From positions 40,734,001 through 40,798,000 of the forward strand of contig OZ024756.1 of the NCBI GenBank assembly GCA_964016885.1: a stretch of DNA of 64,000 nt, written 5' to 3'. The notes beneath the pieces are model-generated. The model was not told the DNA's origin and did no database searches. It was given only the letters and a program-made list of their open reading frames with translations. The translations under genes and the position numbers were made by a program. Of the stretch, positions 51,101-64,000 are shown in pieces (position 1 is the first letter of the stretch; every line of letters starts with the position of its first letter). Origin of the DNA: Eledone cirrhosa. Taxonomy: Eukaryota.

Positions 51101-53031
51101 CCACTCACAAATACATACACTACACCACACACACACATACAATGCCACTCACAAATACATACACTACACCACACACACACATACAATGCCACTCACAAAT
51201 ACACACACTACACCACACACACAAATACATACGCTACACCACATAACCACACACACAATGCCACTCACAAATACATACACTACACCACACACACACATAC
51301 AATGCCACTCACAAATACACACACTACACCACACACACAATGCCACTCACAAATACATACGCTACACCACACCACATAACCACACACAATGCCACTCACA
51401 AATACACACACTACACCACATAACCACACACACAATGCCACTCACAAATACATACACTACACCACACACACACATACAATGCCACTCACAAATACACACA
51501 CTACACCACACACACAATGCCACTCACAAATACATACGCTACACCACACCACATAACCACACACAATGCCACTCACAAATACACATGATACATACATGCT
51601 CCTAAAATGTTGGGTTAGTTATGGTTGGAATACCTGACATTAGATCTCACCTGATGTCTAAACAACAACAGCAACAATATTAATAAGAAATATTAAGATA
51701 AGTTGTGATTATATTATTTCGACAAAATATTTCATGTTTGTTTAACAGATATATAATGCGGGAGTTTGTGAAAGCCCTTCAGAACTTTTTTGTGAACCAA
51801 GTGTTACATATATCGTGGGCCAACTTTCAGAAAGCTCTTCACACAAAAGTATTCAGCCTTGATGATCTACGTAAACTACACATGGATTTCTTAGATGTCT
51901 CTCTCAAACAGTGAGTTGGTAAAACTTCAGATTTACACTTAATTATGTTCAGAGTTAATTGCCAGTAGCTACCACTAATTAATCCCAACCAAGTCAGACA
52001 TCGCATTTTATGTAAATGAACTTCTCTAGCAGATGGTTTATATTGAGACTTATGTATGTTTATTATACTTAAATATATTGTATATCATCATCATCATCAT
52101 CTTCGTTTAACGTCCACGCTAGCATACCTTCATATACATCTCTATCATGTCTGGTGTTCTGACATGGCTATTGAGAAAACTGACATGATCACAGCTTAAA
52201 ACATTTATAGCAAGTCTTGTCTACATTACATATCATATATATCTTCATATGCATCTTTATTATAAATCCCTTGGCTTTGACACAGCTGAAGAATCCTCCT
52301 GACCCTTTGTTTGGGATGTTTTCTACAGCTGGATGTTCCTCCTATCACCAACCACATTCCACAGTTACAGTGATGTGTCTTCCTGTTATTACAGTAATAT
52401 ATTTACATCTCCAGCCACTATTTACCATAGTACCCTCTATATTAGTTATTTACATCTCCAGCCACTATTTACCATAGTACCCTCTCTATTACAATAATAT
52501 ATTTATATCTCCAGCCACTATTTACCATAATATCTTTTATATTACAGTTATTTACCATAGTATCTTCTATATTACAGGTGTTTGTTCATATCTCCAGCCA
52601 ACCATATGATGGCCTCCATTAAAAACATATTTGGTCTCATCCTGGCTTTCTACCAGACTCTGAGGAACCATTCTTGGCACCGCAACACATCCGGGGGACC
52701 CATCCAACACCCAAACTTTAAGCGCCTGCTGAAACTGTACGAAGATTTTTGTCTATATTCTAAACATTTTTATGATGGTAAGGAGTTTATTTATCTTTTT
52801 ATCAGTGTGTTGGTGTGTATCTGACCAGTTATAATAATGGCTGGAATGTTGACCATTTGTGACCAGTCATCATTGCTGGGCTATGTTCACGGGCAACACC
52901 TTGAAATCTAAATATTATACTTTGCTGTTATATTTCCAGTAATATCCACCGTCGCCCAACAGCACTGTGAACCCCACCTTCAGGATCTTGTGCTTCTACT
53001 TAACTACAACAACTGGTTTTCACAAAGGTAA
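30881..53031 (+). CDS. TUBGCP6: Gamma-tubulin complex component 6 (GCP6), about 33 coding exons
   Basis: Exons: 30881-31065, 31332-31477, 32114-32217, 32303-32400, 34263-34311, 34480-34530, 35006-35130, 36771-36807, 37029-37222, 38567-38774, 39750-40045, 40256-40322, 40529-40638, 40723-40814, 41266-41405, 41882-42024, 42235-42326, 42948-43036, 43263-43363, 43614-43788, 44157-44445, 44604-45866, 46964-47191, 47543-47617, 48097-48256, 48993-49134, 49295-49451, 49941-49978, 50249-50381, 50541-50604, 51749-51910, 52578-52777, 52940-53031. GCP6-like motifs: LKIKAYNALF, TLYGAVSNRSVYNLDIKLSLP, LPYLTEAG, WVFHGVCKDEYGEF, EERALWNVRRSRL, RNVHGHSSDSTI, YKVDWPLNIII, NQVLHISWANF, PHLQDLVLLLNYNNWF. A few small exon borders are less certain. 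Confidence 0.93.
31685..31885 (+). mobile_element. tRNA-derived SINE (family A), full-length reference copy, with partial copies on both sides
   Basis: A box tggcagtatcgg, B box gagttcaaatcc, body ctttgcctttcatcc...aaataaagtaccagtaatacactggg, (ATT)n tail. Confidence 0.85.
32572..33765. repeat. 52-bp intronic minisatellite, about 23 copies, most with a TGTGACGTCACA palindrome
   Basis: cagtcactctctcacagatgtgacgtcacaaacctggtatttctcatctctt. Confidence 0.95.
35253..36205. repeat. 39-bp intronic minisatellite, about 24 copies
   Basis: gtcatatataccaggactggtggaccagtgttgtctgtt; internal inverted repeat actggt-gg-accagt. Confidence 0.95.
36374..36615. mobile_element. Inverted-repeat-bounded insert with a degenerate hammerhead core (Penelope-like element remnant)
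   Basis: ~65-bp inverted arms (36374-36441 / ~36543-36615), inner hairpin tctgtggtttttctcacatc-a-gatgtgagaaaaaccacaga, and minus-strand CTT-TTGAAAA-GCAG-AAGAA-CTGC-GAAA-CCGGTC-AAGG. Confidence 0.55.
37237..38296. repeat. 41-bp intronic minisatellite, about 26 copies
   Basis: taccataacttctccct(g/a)tctt(a/g)ctaagttaccaacatctc; two linked variant types; starts 14 nt after the donor. Confidence 0.95.
38931..39034. mobile_element. Tc1/mariner-type MITE in a TA context
   Basis: TA|cagagtgtccccaaaaatgtatttacactt ... aagtgtgtatacatttttggggggcatcttg|TA. Confidence 0.7.
40871..41088. mobile_element. piggyBac-type MITE copy
   Basis: TTAATCCTTTACCATTTA ... TAAATGCTAATGGG|TTAA; internal sequence matches 16358-16578. 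Confidence 0.8.
42327..42895. repeat. ~34-bp minisatellite filling almost a whole GCP6 intron from the donor onward
   Basis: actaaatatcttccatccctctctagaaccttct, with occasional 42-bp variants. Confidence 0.92.
44900..45505 (+). repeat. Coding 75-bp (25-aa) tandem repeat within the large GCP6 exon
   Basis: About 8 copies of ESLATSRGDTIIHHKKQVEDQSISK, with degenerate copies on either side. Confidence 0.9.
47641..47970. repeat. (CAC/CAT/TAC)n trinucleotide tract, intronic
   Basis: Follows the donor at 47618; a similar tract lies at 34635-34815. Confidence 0.9.
48770..48960 (-). mobile_element. tRNA-derived SINE (family A)
   Basis: cccagtgtattactggtactttattttatcgacccc...gaaaggcaaag...atttgaactcag. 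Confidence 0.78.
50665..51590. repeat. CA-rich degenerate minisatellite
   Basis: caatgccactcacaaatacacacactacaccacataaccacacaca repeated with variable CA lengths. Confidence 0.9.
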
Positions 53032-53059
53032 ACATATTTTCTCTTTGTTGTACTTATTA

Positions 53060-53255
53060 ATTCAGCCAGTGTTGGTAGAGCGTTGAACAAAATGTTTTGT
53101 ACATTTAATTAAAACTTTGTTTTGAGGTCAAATCCCAGAGGGGTCAATTGCATTTCATCCTGCTGGGGTTGATTAAATAAAGTATCTGTCAATATTATTA
53201 ACTTTACCCTTAACCTGAAACTGTTGGTCTTCTGCCAAAATTAGAAATTATTAAC
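53060..53255 (+). mobile_element. Diverged SINE (family A) just after the GCP6 stop codon
   Basis: gttggtagagcg...gaggtcaaatccc...catttcatcc...aaataaagtatc...gccaaaattagaaattatt. Confidence 0.6.
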
Positions 53256-53377
53256 AGTTGGCAGAAAGAATGCTAATATAATATATATTATATTATAATA
53301 TAATGTATATTATATTATAATATAATATATACATTATATTATAATATAATATATATTATATAATATAATGTATATAT

Positions 53378-55180
53378 TATGTGTCCGGGATGATGCCGGT
53401 GTACTTAGTGTCACGAATGACCAGAAAAAGGAGGCCTGGAAATGTCATTATGAGAGACTGATGAATGTGGAGAACGAATGGGAGAGAGAGAAATTACCCT
53501 TGGTAGATCCGACAGAGGGACCAGCTATTGAGATTGACGAATATAGGGTCCAAGAGGCGATGAGGGAAATGAAAAATGGTAAGGCGGCCGGACCATCGGG
53601 AATAGTTGCTGAGATGCTGAAGGCATCAGGGGACGTAGGCACTAAACTGGTTGCACGCATCATCAATCAGGCTATATATGGAGGTGTCATACCCAAAGAC
53701 TGGTGCAGCAGTATTCTCATAAATTGCTACAAAGGTAAAGGGGATGCTTTGGAGAGGAGCAATTATAGGGGTATAAAACTGATAGATCAGGTTATGAAAG
53801 TGGCAGAAAGGATTTTAGCACAACTAATTAGAGAAAGGGTCAAACTAGATGAGATGCAGTTTGGTTTTGTGCCTGGGAAGAGTACAACAGATGCCCTCTT
53901 CTTGGTGAGACAAATGCAAGAGAGGTTCTTAGAGAAGAATAAGCCACTATACTTAGCCTTTGTTGACCTAGAGAAGGCCTTTGATAGGGTACCCCGATCT
54001 GTCATCTGGTGGTCCCTAAGGAAGCTAGGTGTTGAGGAATGGCTTGTGAGGACAGTGCAAACTTTGTACAGAGGTACTCTCAGTAAAGTCAGGGTAGGAA
54101 TGGAGTTTAGTGAGGAATTCCAGATACAAGTAGGAGTACATCAGGGTTCGGTCCTCAGCCCGCTCTTGTTCATTATAGTCCTCCAAGCCATAACAGAGGA
54201 GTTTAAGACTGGCTGTCCATGGGAACTTCTCTATGCTGACGATCTGGCTCTTATAGCAGAATCAGTAGAGGAGCTAGAGAATAAATTCCGGCTATGGAAA
54301 CAGCAGTTGGAAGCAAGAGGACTGAGAGTAAATCTAGCTAAGACAAAAGTGTTGAGTAGAAAAGAGGACAAAACCCTGATTCCGTCAGGGAAATGGCCAT
54401 GTTCGATATGCAGAAAAGGAACTGGCATAAATTCTATAAAATGCACACAATGCAGGTCCTGGGTACACAAGAGATGTAGCGGGATAGCAGGCAAACTAAC
54501 AGGTAGGGAGAAATATGTATGCAGGGAAATTAGACAGTAGAAGTCGCACTGATAGACACATTTTTCAAATGCGAGAGGGCGCTATAGAAGTGGTGGATAG
54601 CTTCCGGTACCTAGGAGATCAGATTAGCATGGGAGGAGGGTGTTCCGAGGCCATAGTATCTAGAATAAGGACGGGTTGGAAGAAGTTTAGGGAGCTGCTT
54701 CCTCTGTTGACGAAGGGTTTCTCCCTGCGTACGAAAGGCCGGTTGTATGATGCCTGTGTGAGGAGCGCGATGCTGCATGGTAGTGAGACATGGGCAGCAA
54801 CCGAGAGAAATGAGGCAAGCATGCTCCGTTGGATGTGCAGTGTAAATGTGCGTGAACGACCCAGCATAAATGTGTTGAGAGAGAAACTGTGTCTGAGAGG
54901 GATAGAATGTAATGTACGGGAGAGGAGACTGAGGTGGTATGGACATGTGATGCGCATGGAGGATGACCGATGGGTGAAGAAGTGCCAGGAAATGCCAGTT
55001 GAAGGAAGACGTGGTAGAGGTAGACCACGAAAAACATGGGCGGAGGTGATGAGAACAGACCTCAGATCATTGAAGCTCACGGTGGAGATGACGAAGGACC
55101 GTGACGAGTGGAGAGATGCTGTGCTGAATAAGACCCATCCCACCCTTGCAAGCAGGGAAAAGCGGACGTAAAATGATGAT
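53378..55180 (+). mobile_element. 5'-truncated RTE-clade LINE (RT plus PHD-like zinc finger plus C-terminal region, one frameshift)
   Basis: MKNGKAAGPSG, NYRGIKL, QFGFVPGKSTTDA, AFVDLEKAFDRVP, GVHQGSVLSPLLF, LLYADDL, then FRYLG and RLRWYGHVMRM..RGRGRPRKTW in the next frame; ends ...cggacgtaaaatgatgatt; flanked by AT repeats; no endonuclease domain. Confidence 0.95.
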
Positions 55181-55607
55181 TATAATATATATATATATTA
55201 TAATATCTATATATATATTCTAATATATATATATATAATATATATTATAATTATCTATATATATATTCTAATATCTATATATATATTCTAATATCTATAT
55301 ATATATCTAATATATATATATATATTCTAATATCTATATATATATATATATTCTAATATATATATATATATTCTAATATATATATATATTCTAATATATA
55401 TATATATTCTAATATATATATATATATTATAATATATATATATATATTATAATATATATATATATTATAATATATATATTATAATATATATATTATAATA
55501 TATATATATATTATAATATATATATATATTATAATATATATATATATATATTATAATATATATATATATTATAATATATATATATATATATTATAATATA
55601 TATATAT

Positions 55608-55653
<46 letters not shown>

Positions 55654-58600
55654 ATATATATATATATATTATAATATATTATATATATATTATAATATAT
55701 ATATATATATATTATAATATATATATATATATATTATAATATATATATATATATATTATAATATATATATATATATATTATAATATATATATATTATAAT
55801 ATATATATATATATATATATTATAATATATATATATATTATAATAATATATATATATATTATAATTATAATATATATATATATTATAATATATATATATA
55901 TATATTATAATATATATATATATTATAATATATATATATATATATTATAATATATATATATATTATAATATATATATATATTATAATATATATATATATA
56001 TATTATAATATATATATATATATATTATAATATATATATATATATATTATAATATATATATATATATATTATAATATATATATATATATATTATAATATA
56101 TATATATATATATTATAATATTATATATATATATATTATAATATATATATATTATAATATATATATATATATATTATAATATATATATATATTATAATAA
56201 TATATATATATATTATAATTATAATATATATATATTATATATATTATAATATATATATATATATATTATAATATATATATATATATATTATAATATATAT
56301 ATATATATTATAATATATATATATATATATTATAATATATATATATATATTATAATATATATATATATATTATAATATATATATATATATATTATAATAT
56401 ATATATATATATATATTATAATATATATATATATATATTATAATATATATATATATATATTATAATATATATATATATATATTATAATATATATATATAT
56501 ATATTATAATATATATATATATATATTATAATATATATATATATATATTATAATATATATATATATATATTATAATATATATATATATATATTATAATAT
56601 ATATATTATAATATATATATATATATTATAATATATATATATATATTATAATATATATATATATATTATAATATATATATTATAATATATATATATATAT
56701 TATAATATATATATATATATTATAATATATATATATATTATATTATATTATAATATATATATATATATTATATTATAATATATATATATTATATTATATT
56801 ATAATATATATATATTATATTATATTATAATATATATATATTATATTATATTATAATATATATATATATTATATTATAATATATATATATTATATTATAA
56901 TATATATATATTATATTATAATATATATATATTATATTATAATATATATATATTATATTATAATATATATATATTATATTATAATATATATATATTATAT
57001 TATAATATATATATATTATATTATAATATATATATATTATATTATAATATAATATATATATTATAATATAATATAATATATATATTATAATATAATATAA
57101 TATATATATTATAATATAATATAATATATATATTATAATATAATATAATATATATATTATAATATAATATAATATATATATTATAATATAATATAATATA
57201 TATATTATAATATAATATAATATATATATTATAATATAATATAATATATATATTATAATATAATATAATATATATATTAATATAATATAATATATATATT
57301 ATAATATAATATAATATATATATTATAATATATATATTATAATATAATATAATATATATATTATAATATAATATAATATATATATTATAATATATATATT
57401 ATATTATATTATAATATATATATTATATTATATTATAATATATATATTATATTATAATATATATATTATATTATATTATAATATATATATTATATTATAA
57501 TATATATATTATATTATATTATAATATATATATTATATTATATTATATTATAATATATATATTATATTATATTATATTATAATATATATATTATATTATA
57601 TAATAATATATATATTATATTATATTATAATATATATATTATATTATATTATAATATATATATTATATTATATTATAATATATATATTATATTATATTAT
57701 AATATATATATTATATTATATTATAATATATATATTATATTATAATATATTATATTATATTATAATATATATATTATATTATATTATAATATATATATTA
57801 TATTATATTATAATATATATATTATATTATATTATAATATATATATTATATTATATTATAATATATATATTATATTATATTATAATATATATATTATATT
57901 ATATTATAATATATATATTATATTATATTATAATATATATATTATATTATATTATAATATATATATTATATTATATTATAATATATATATTATATTATAT
58001 TATAATATATATATTATATTATATTATAATATATATATTATATTATATTATAATATATATATTATATTATATTATAATATATATATTATATTATATTATA
58101 ATATATATATTATATTATATTATATATATTATATTATAATATATATATTATATTATATTATAATATATATATTATATTATATTATAATATATATATTATA
58201 TTATAATATATATATTATATTATAATATATATATTATATTATAATATATATATTATATTATATTATAATATATATATTATATTATATTATAATATATATA
58301 TTATAATATATATATTATATTATATTATATTATATTATAATATATATATTATATTATATTATATTATAATATATATATTATATTATATTATATTATAATA
58401 TATATATTATAATATATATATATATATATTATATTATAATATATATATTATAATATATATATATATATATTATATTATAATATATATATTATATTATAAT
58501 ATATATATTATAATATATATATATATATATTATATTATAATATATATATATAATATATATATATATATATTATATTATAATATATATATTATATTATAAT

Positions 58601-59381
58601 ATATATATATATTATATTATAATATATATATATATTATATTATAATATATATATATATTATATTATAATATATATATATATTATATTATAATATATATAT
58701 ATTATATTATAATATATATATTATATTATAATATATATATAAATATTATATTATAATATATATATATTATATTATAATATATATATATTATATTATAATA
58801 TATATATTATATTATAATATATATATATATATATATTATAATATATATATTATATTATAATATATATATATATATATATTATATTATAATATATATATAT
58901 ATATATATTATATTATAATATATATATATATATATTATAATATATATATATATATTATATTATAATATATATATATATATATATATATTATATTATAATA
59001 TATAATATTATAATATATATATATATTATATTATAATATATATATATATATATATTATATTATAATATATATATATATATTATATTATAATATATATATA
59101 TATATATATTATATTATAATATATATATATATATATATTATATTATAATATATATATATATTATATTATAATATATATATATATATTATATTATAATATA
59201 TATATTATATTATATTATAATATATATATATTATATTATATTATAATATATATATATTATATTATATTATAATATATATATATTATATTATATTATAATA
59301 TATATATTATAATATATATATTATAATATATATATATTATAATATATATATATTATAATATATATATATTATAATATATAT

Positions 59382-59421
<40 letters not shown>

Positions 59422-59619
59422 ATATATATATATATATATTATAATATATATATATATATATATATTATAATATATATATATATATATATTATAATATATA
59501 TATATATATATATATTATAATATATATATATATATATATATATTATAATATATATATATATATATATATATTATAATATATATATATATATATATTATAA
59601 TATATATATATATATATAT

Positions 59620-59657
<38 letters not shown>

Positions 59658-59703
59658 ATATATATATATATATATATTATAATATATATATATATATATA
59701 TAT

Positions 59704-59809
<106 letters not shown>

Positions 59810-59853
59810 ATATATATATATATATATATTATAATATATATATATATATATAT

Positions 59854-60018
<165 letters not shown>

Positions 60019-61096
60019 TATAATATATATATATATATTATATTATAATATATATATATATATATATTATATTATAATATATATATATATTATATTATAA
60101 TATATATATATATTATATTATAATATATATATATATTATATTATAATATATATATATATATATATTATATTATAATATATAGTATATATATATATTATAT
60201 TATAATATATATATATATATATATTATATTATAATATATATATATATATATTATATTATAATATATATATATATATATATTATATTATAATATATATATA
60301 TATATATATTATATTATAATATATATATATATATATATTATATTATAATATATATATATATATATATTATATTATAATATATATATATATATATATTATA
60401 TTATAATATATATATATATATATATTATATTATAATATATATATATATTATATTATATTATAATATATATATATATTATATTATAATATATATATATATT
60501 ATATTATAATATATATATATATTATATTATAATATATATATATATTATATTATAATATATATATATATATTATAATATATATATATATATTATAATATAT
60601 ATATATATATTATAATATATATATATATATTATAATATATATATATATATTATAATATATATATATATATTATAATATATATATATATATTATAATATAT
60701 ATATTTATATTATAATATATATATTTATATTATAATATATATATTTATATTATAATATATATATTTATATTATATATATATTTATATTATAATATATATA
60801 TTTATATTATATATATATATATTATAATATTTATATTATATATATATATATTATAATATATATATATATATATTATATTATAATATATATATATATATAT
60901 TATATTATAATATATATATATATATATATATTATAATATATATATATATATATATTATAATATATATATATATATATATTTATAATATATATATATATAT
61001 ATATTATAATATATATATATATATATATTATAATATATATATATATATATATTATAATATATATATATATATATATTATAATATATATATATATAT

Positions 61097-61128
<32 letters not shown>

Positions 61129-61237
61129 TATTATATATATATATTATATTATAATATATATATATATATTATATTATAATATATATATATATTATATTAT
61201 AATATATATATATATATTATAATATATATATATATAT

Positions 61238-61277
<40 letters not shown>

Positions 61278-61707
61278 TATATATTATAATATATATATAT
61301 ATATATTATATTATAATATATATATATATTATAATATATATATATATATTATATTATATTATATATATATATTATATTATAATATATATATATATATTAT
61401 ATTATAATATATATATTATATTATAATATATATATATATTATATTATAATATATATATATATTATATTATAATATATATATATATTATATTATATATATA
61501 TATATTATAATATATATATATATATATATATTATAATATATATATATATATATATATTATATTATAATATATATATATATATATATTATATTATAATATA
61601 TATATATATATATATTATATTATATATTATATATATATATATATTATATTATAATATATATATATATATATATTATATTATAATATATATATATATATAT
61701 ATATTAT

Positions 61708-61766
<59 letters not shown>

Positions 61767-61778
61767 TATAATATATAT

Positions 61779-61811
<33 letters not shown>

Positions 61812-61993
61812 TATATTATAATATATATATATATATATATTATATTATAATATATATATATTATATTATAATATATATATATATATATTATATTATAATA
61901 TTATATTATAATATATATATGATATTATATTATAATATATATATATTATATTATAATATATATATATATATATTATATTATAATATATATATA

Positions 61994-62093
61994 TCATCAT
62001 CATCATCATCATCACCGTTTTACGTCCGTTCTTCCACGCTAGCATGGGTTAGACGGGTTGTCCTGTTGTGGGCAGTGTCTGGTCGGCTGACCA
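61994..62093 (-). mobile_element. 3' end of an RTE-tailed element in the opposite orientation, cut by the gap
   Basis: (CAT)n-ccgttttacgtccgttcttccacgctagcatgggttagacggg resembles the reverse complement of the RTE terminus at 55135-55180. Confidence 0.75.
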
Positions 62094-62293
62094 NNNNNNN
62101 NNNNNNNNNNNNNNNNNNNNNNNNNNNNNNNNNNNNNNNNNNNNNNNNNNNNNNNNNNNNNNNNNNNNNNNNNNNNNNNNNNNNNNNNNNNNNNNNNNNN
62201 NNNNNNNNNNNNNNNNNNNNNNNNNNNNNNNNNNNNNNNNNNNNNNNNNNNNNNNNNNNNNNNNNNNNNNNNNNNNNNNNNNNNNNNNNNNNN
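62094..62293. other. Assembly gap (200 N)
   Basis: Run of N; the round number suggests an arbitrary scaffolding gap. Confidence 0.98.
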
Positions 62294-63788
62294 ATATATA
62301 TATATATATATTATAATATATATATATATATTATAATATATATATATATATTATAATATAATATATATATATATATTATATTATATTATAATATAATATA
62401 TATATATATATTATATTATAATATAATATAATATATATATATATATTATATTATAATATATTATATATATATTATAATATATATATATATATTATAATAT
62501 ATATATATATATTATAATATATATATATATATTATAATATATATATATATATTATAATATATATATATATATTATAATATATATATATATATTATAATAT
62601 ATATATATATATTATAATATATATATATATATTATAATATATATATATATATTATAATATATATATATATAATAATATATATATATATATTATAATATAT
62701 ATATATATATTATAATATATATATATTTATTATAATATATATATATATATTATAATATATATATATATATGTATAATATAATATATATATATATATTATA
62801 TTATATATAATATAATATATATATAGTATATTATATTATAATATAATATAATATATATATATATATTATATTATAATATATATATATATATTATAAGTAT
62901 GAGTATATATATATTATAATATATATATATATATTATAATATATATATATATATTATAATATATATATATATATTATAATATATATATATATATTATAAT
63001 ATATATATATATATTATAATATATATATATATATTATAATATATATATATATATTATAATATATATATATATATTATAATATATATATATATATTATAAT
63101 ATATATATTTATATTATAATATATATATTTATATTATAATATATATATTTATATTATATATATATTTATATTATAATATATATATATTATAATATTTATA
63201 TTATATATATATATATTATAATATATATATATATATATTATATTATAATATATATATATATATATTATATTATAATATATATATATATATTATATTATAA
63301 TATATATATATATATATATATTATATTATATATATATATATATATATTATATTATAATATATATATATATATATATTATAATATATATATATATATATAT
63401 TATAATATATATATATATTATAATATATATATATATTATAATATATATATATATTATAATATATATATATATATATATTATAATATATATATATATATAT
63501 ATTATAATATATATATATATTATAATATATATATATATATATTATAATATATATATATATATATATTATAATATATATATATATTATAATATATATATAT
63601 ATTATAATATATATATATATATATATTATAATATATATATATATATATATTATAATATATATATATATATTATATTATAATATATATATATATATTATAT
63701 TATAATATATATATATATATTATATTATAATATATATATATATTATATTATAATATATATATATATATTATAATATATATATATATAT

Positions 63789-63826
<38 letters not shown>

Positions 63827-64000
63827 ATATATATATATATTATAATATATATATATATATATATTATATTATAATATATATATATATATTATATTATAAT
63901 ATATATATATATATTATATTATAATATATATATATATATTATATTATAATATATATATATATATTATATTATAATATATATATTATATTATAATATATAT

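Overview
AT-rich, repeat-dense metazoan genomic DNA. The SINE/RTE repeats and microsatellite style suggest a cephalopod (octopus-like) genome; this is an inference. Five spliced genes can be built by hand with GT-AG junctions and consistent frames. (1) GALNS, minus strand, exons 1-10, running off the left edge. (2) An unrecognised 352-aa, 7-exon gene with a signal peptide, two tandem divergent CUB-like domains and a GPI-type tail. (3) A two-exon secreted C1q-domain gene. (4) Glyoxalase I (GLO1), minus strand, 6 exons. (5) TUBGCP6/GCP6, plus strand, about 33 coding exons, head-to-head with GLO1. A deleted Ty3/gypsy element sits antisense in GLO1 intron 1, and its LTR carries a cluster of hairpins resembling the histone mRNA 3' stem-loop. 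A 5'-truncated RTE LINE with a PHD-like finger is inserted in an ~8.8 kb AT-only satellite that includes a 200-N gap. Introns hold many minisatellites, several built from splice junctions or SINE segments, plus SINEs, piggyBac- and Tc1-type MITEs and a degenerate Penelope-type hammerhead. Most long ORFs in the supplied track are repeat artefacts.
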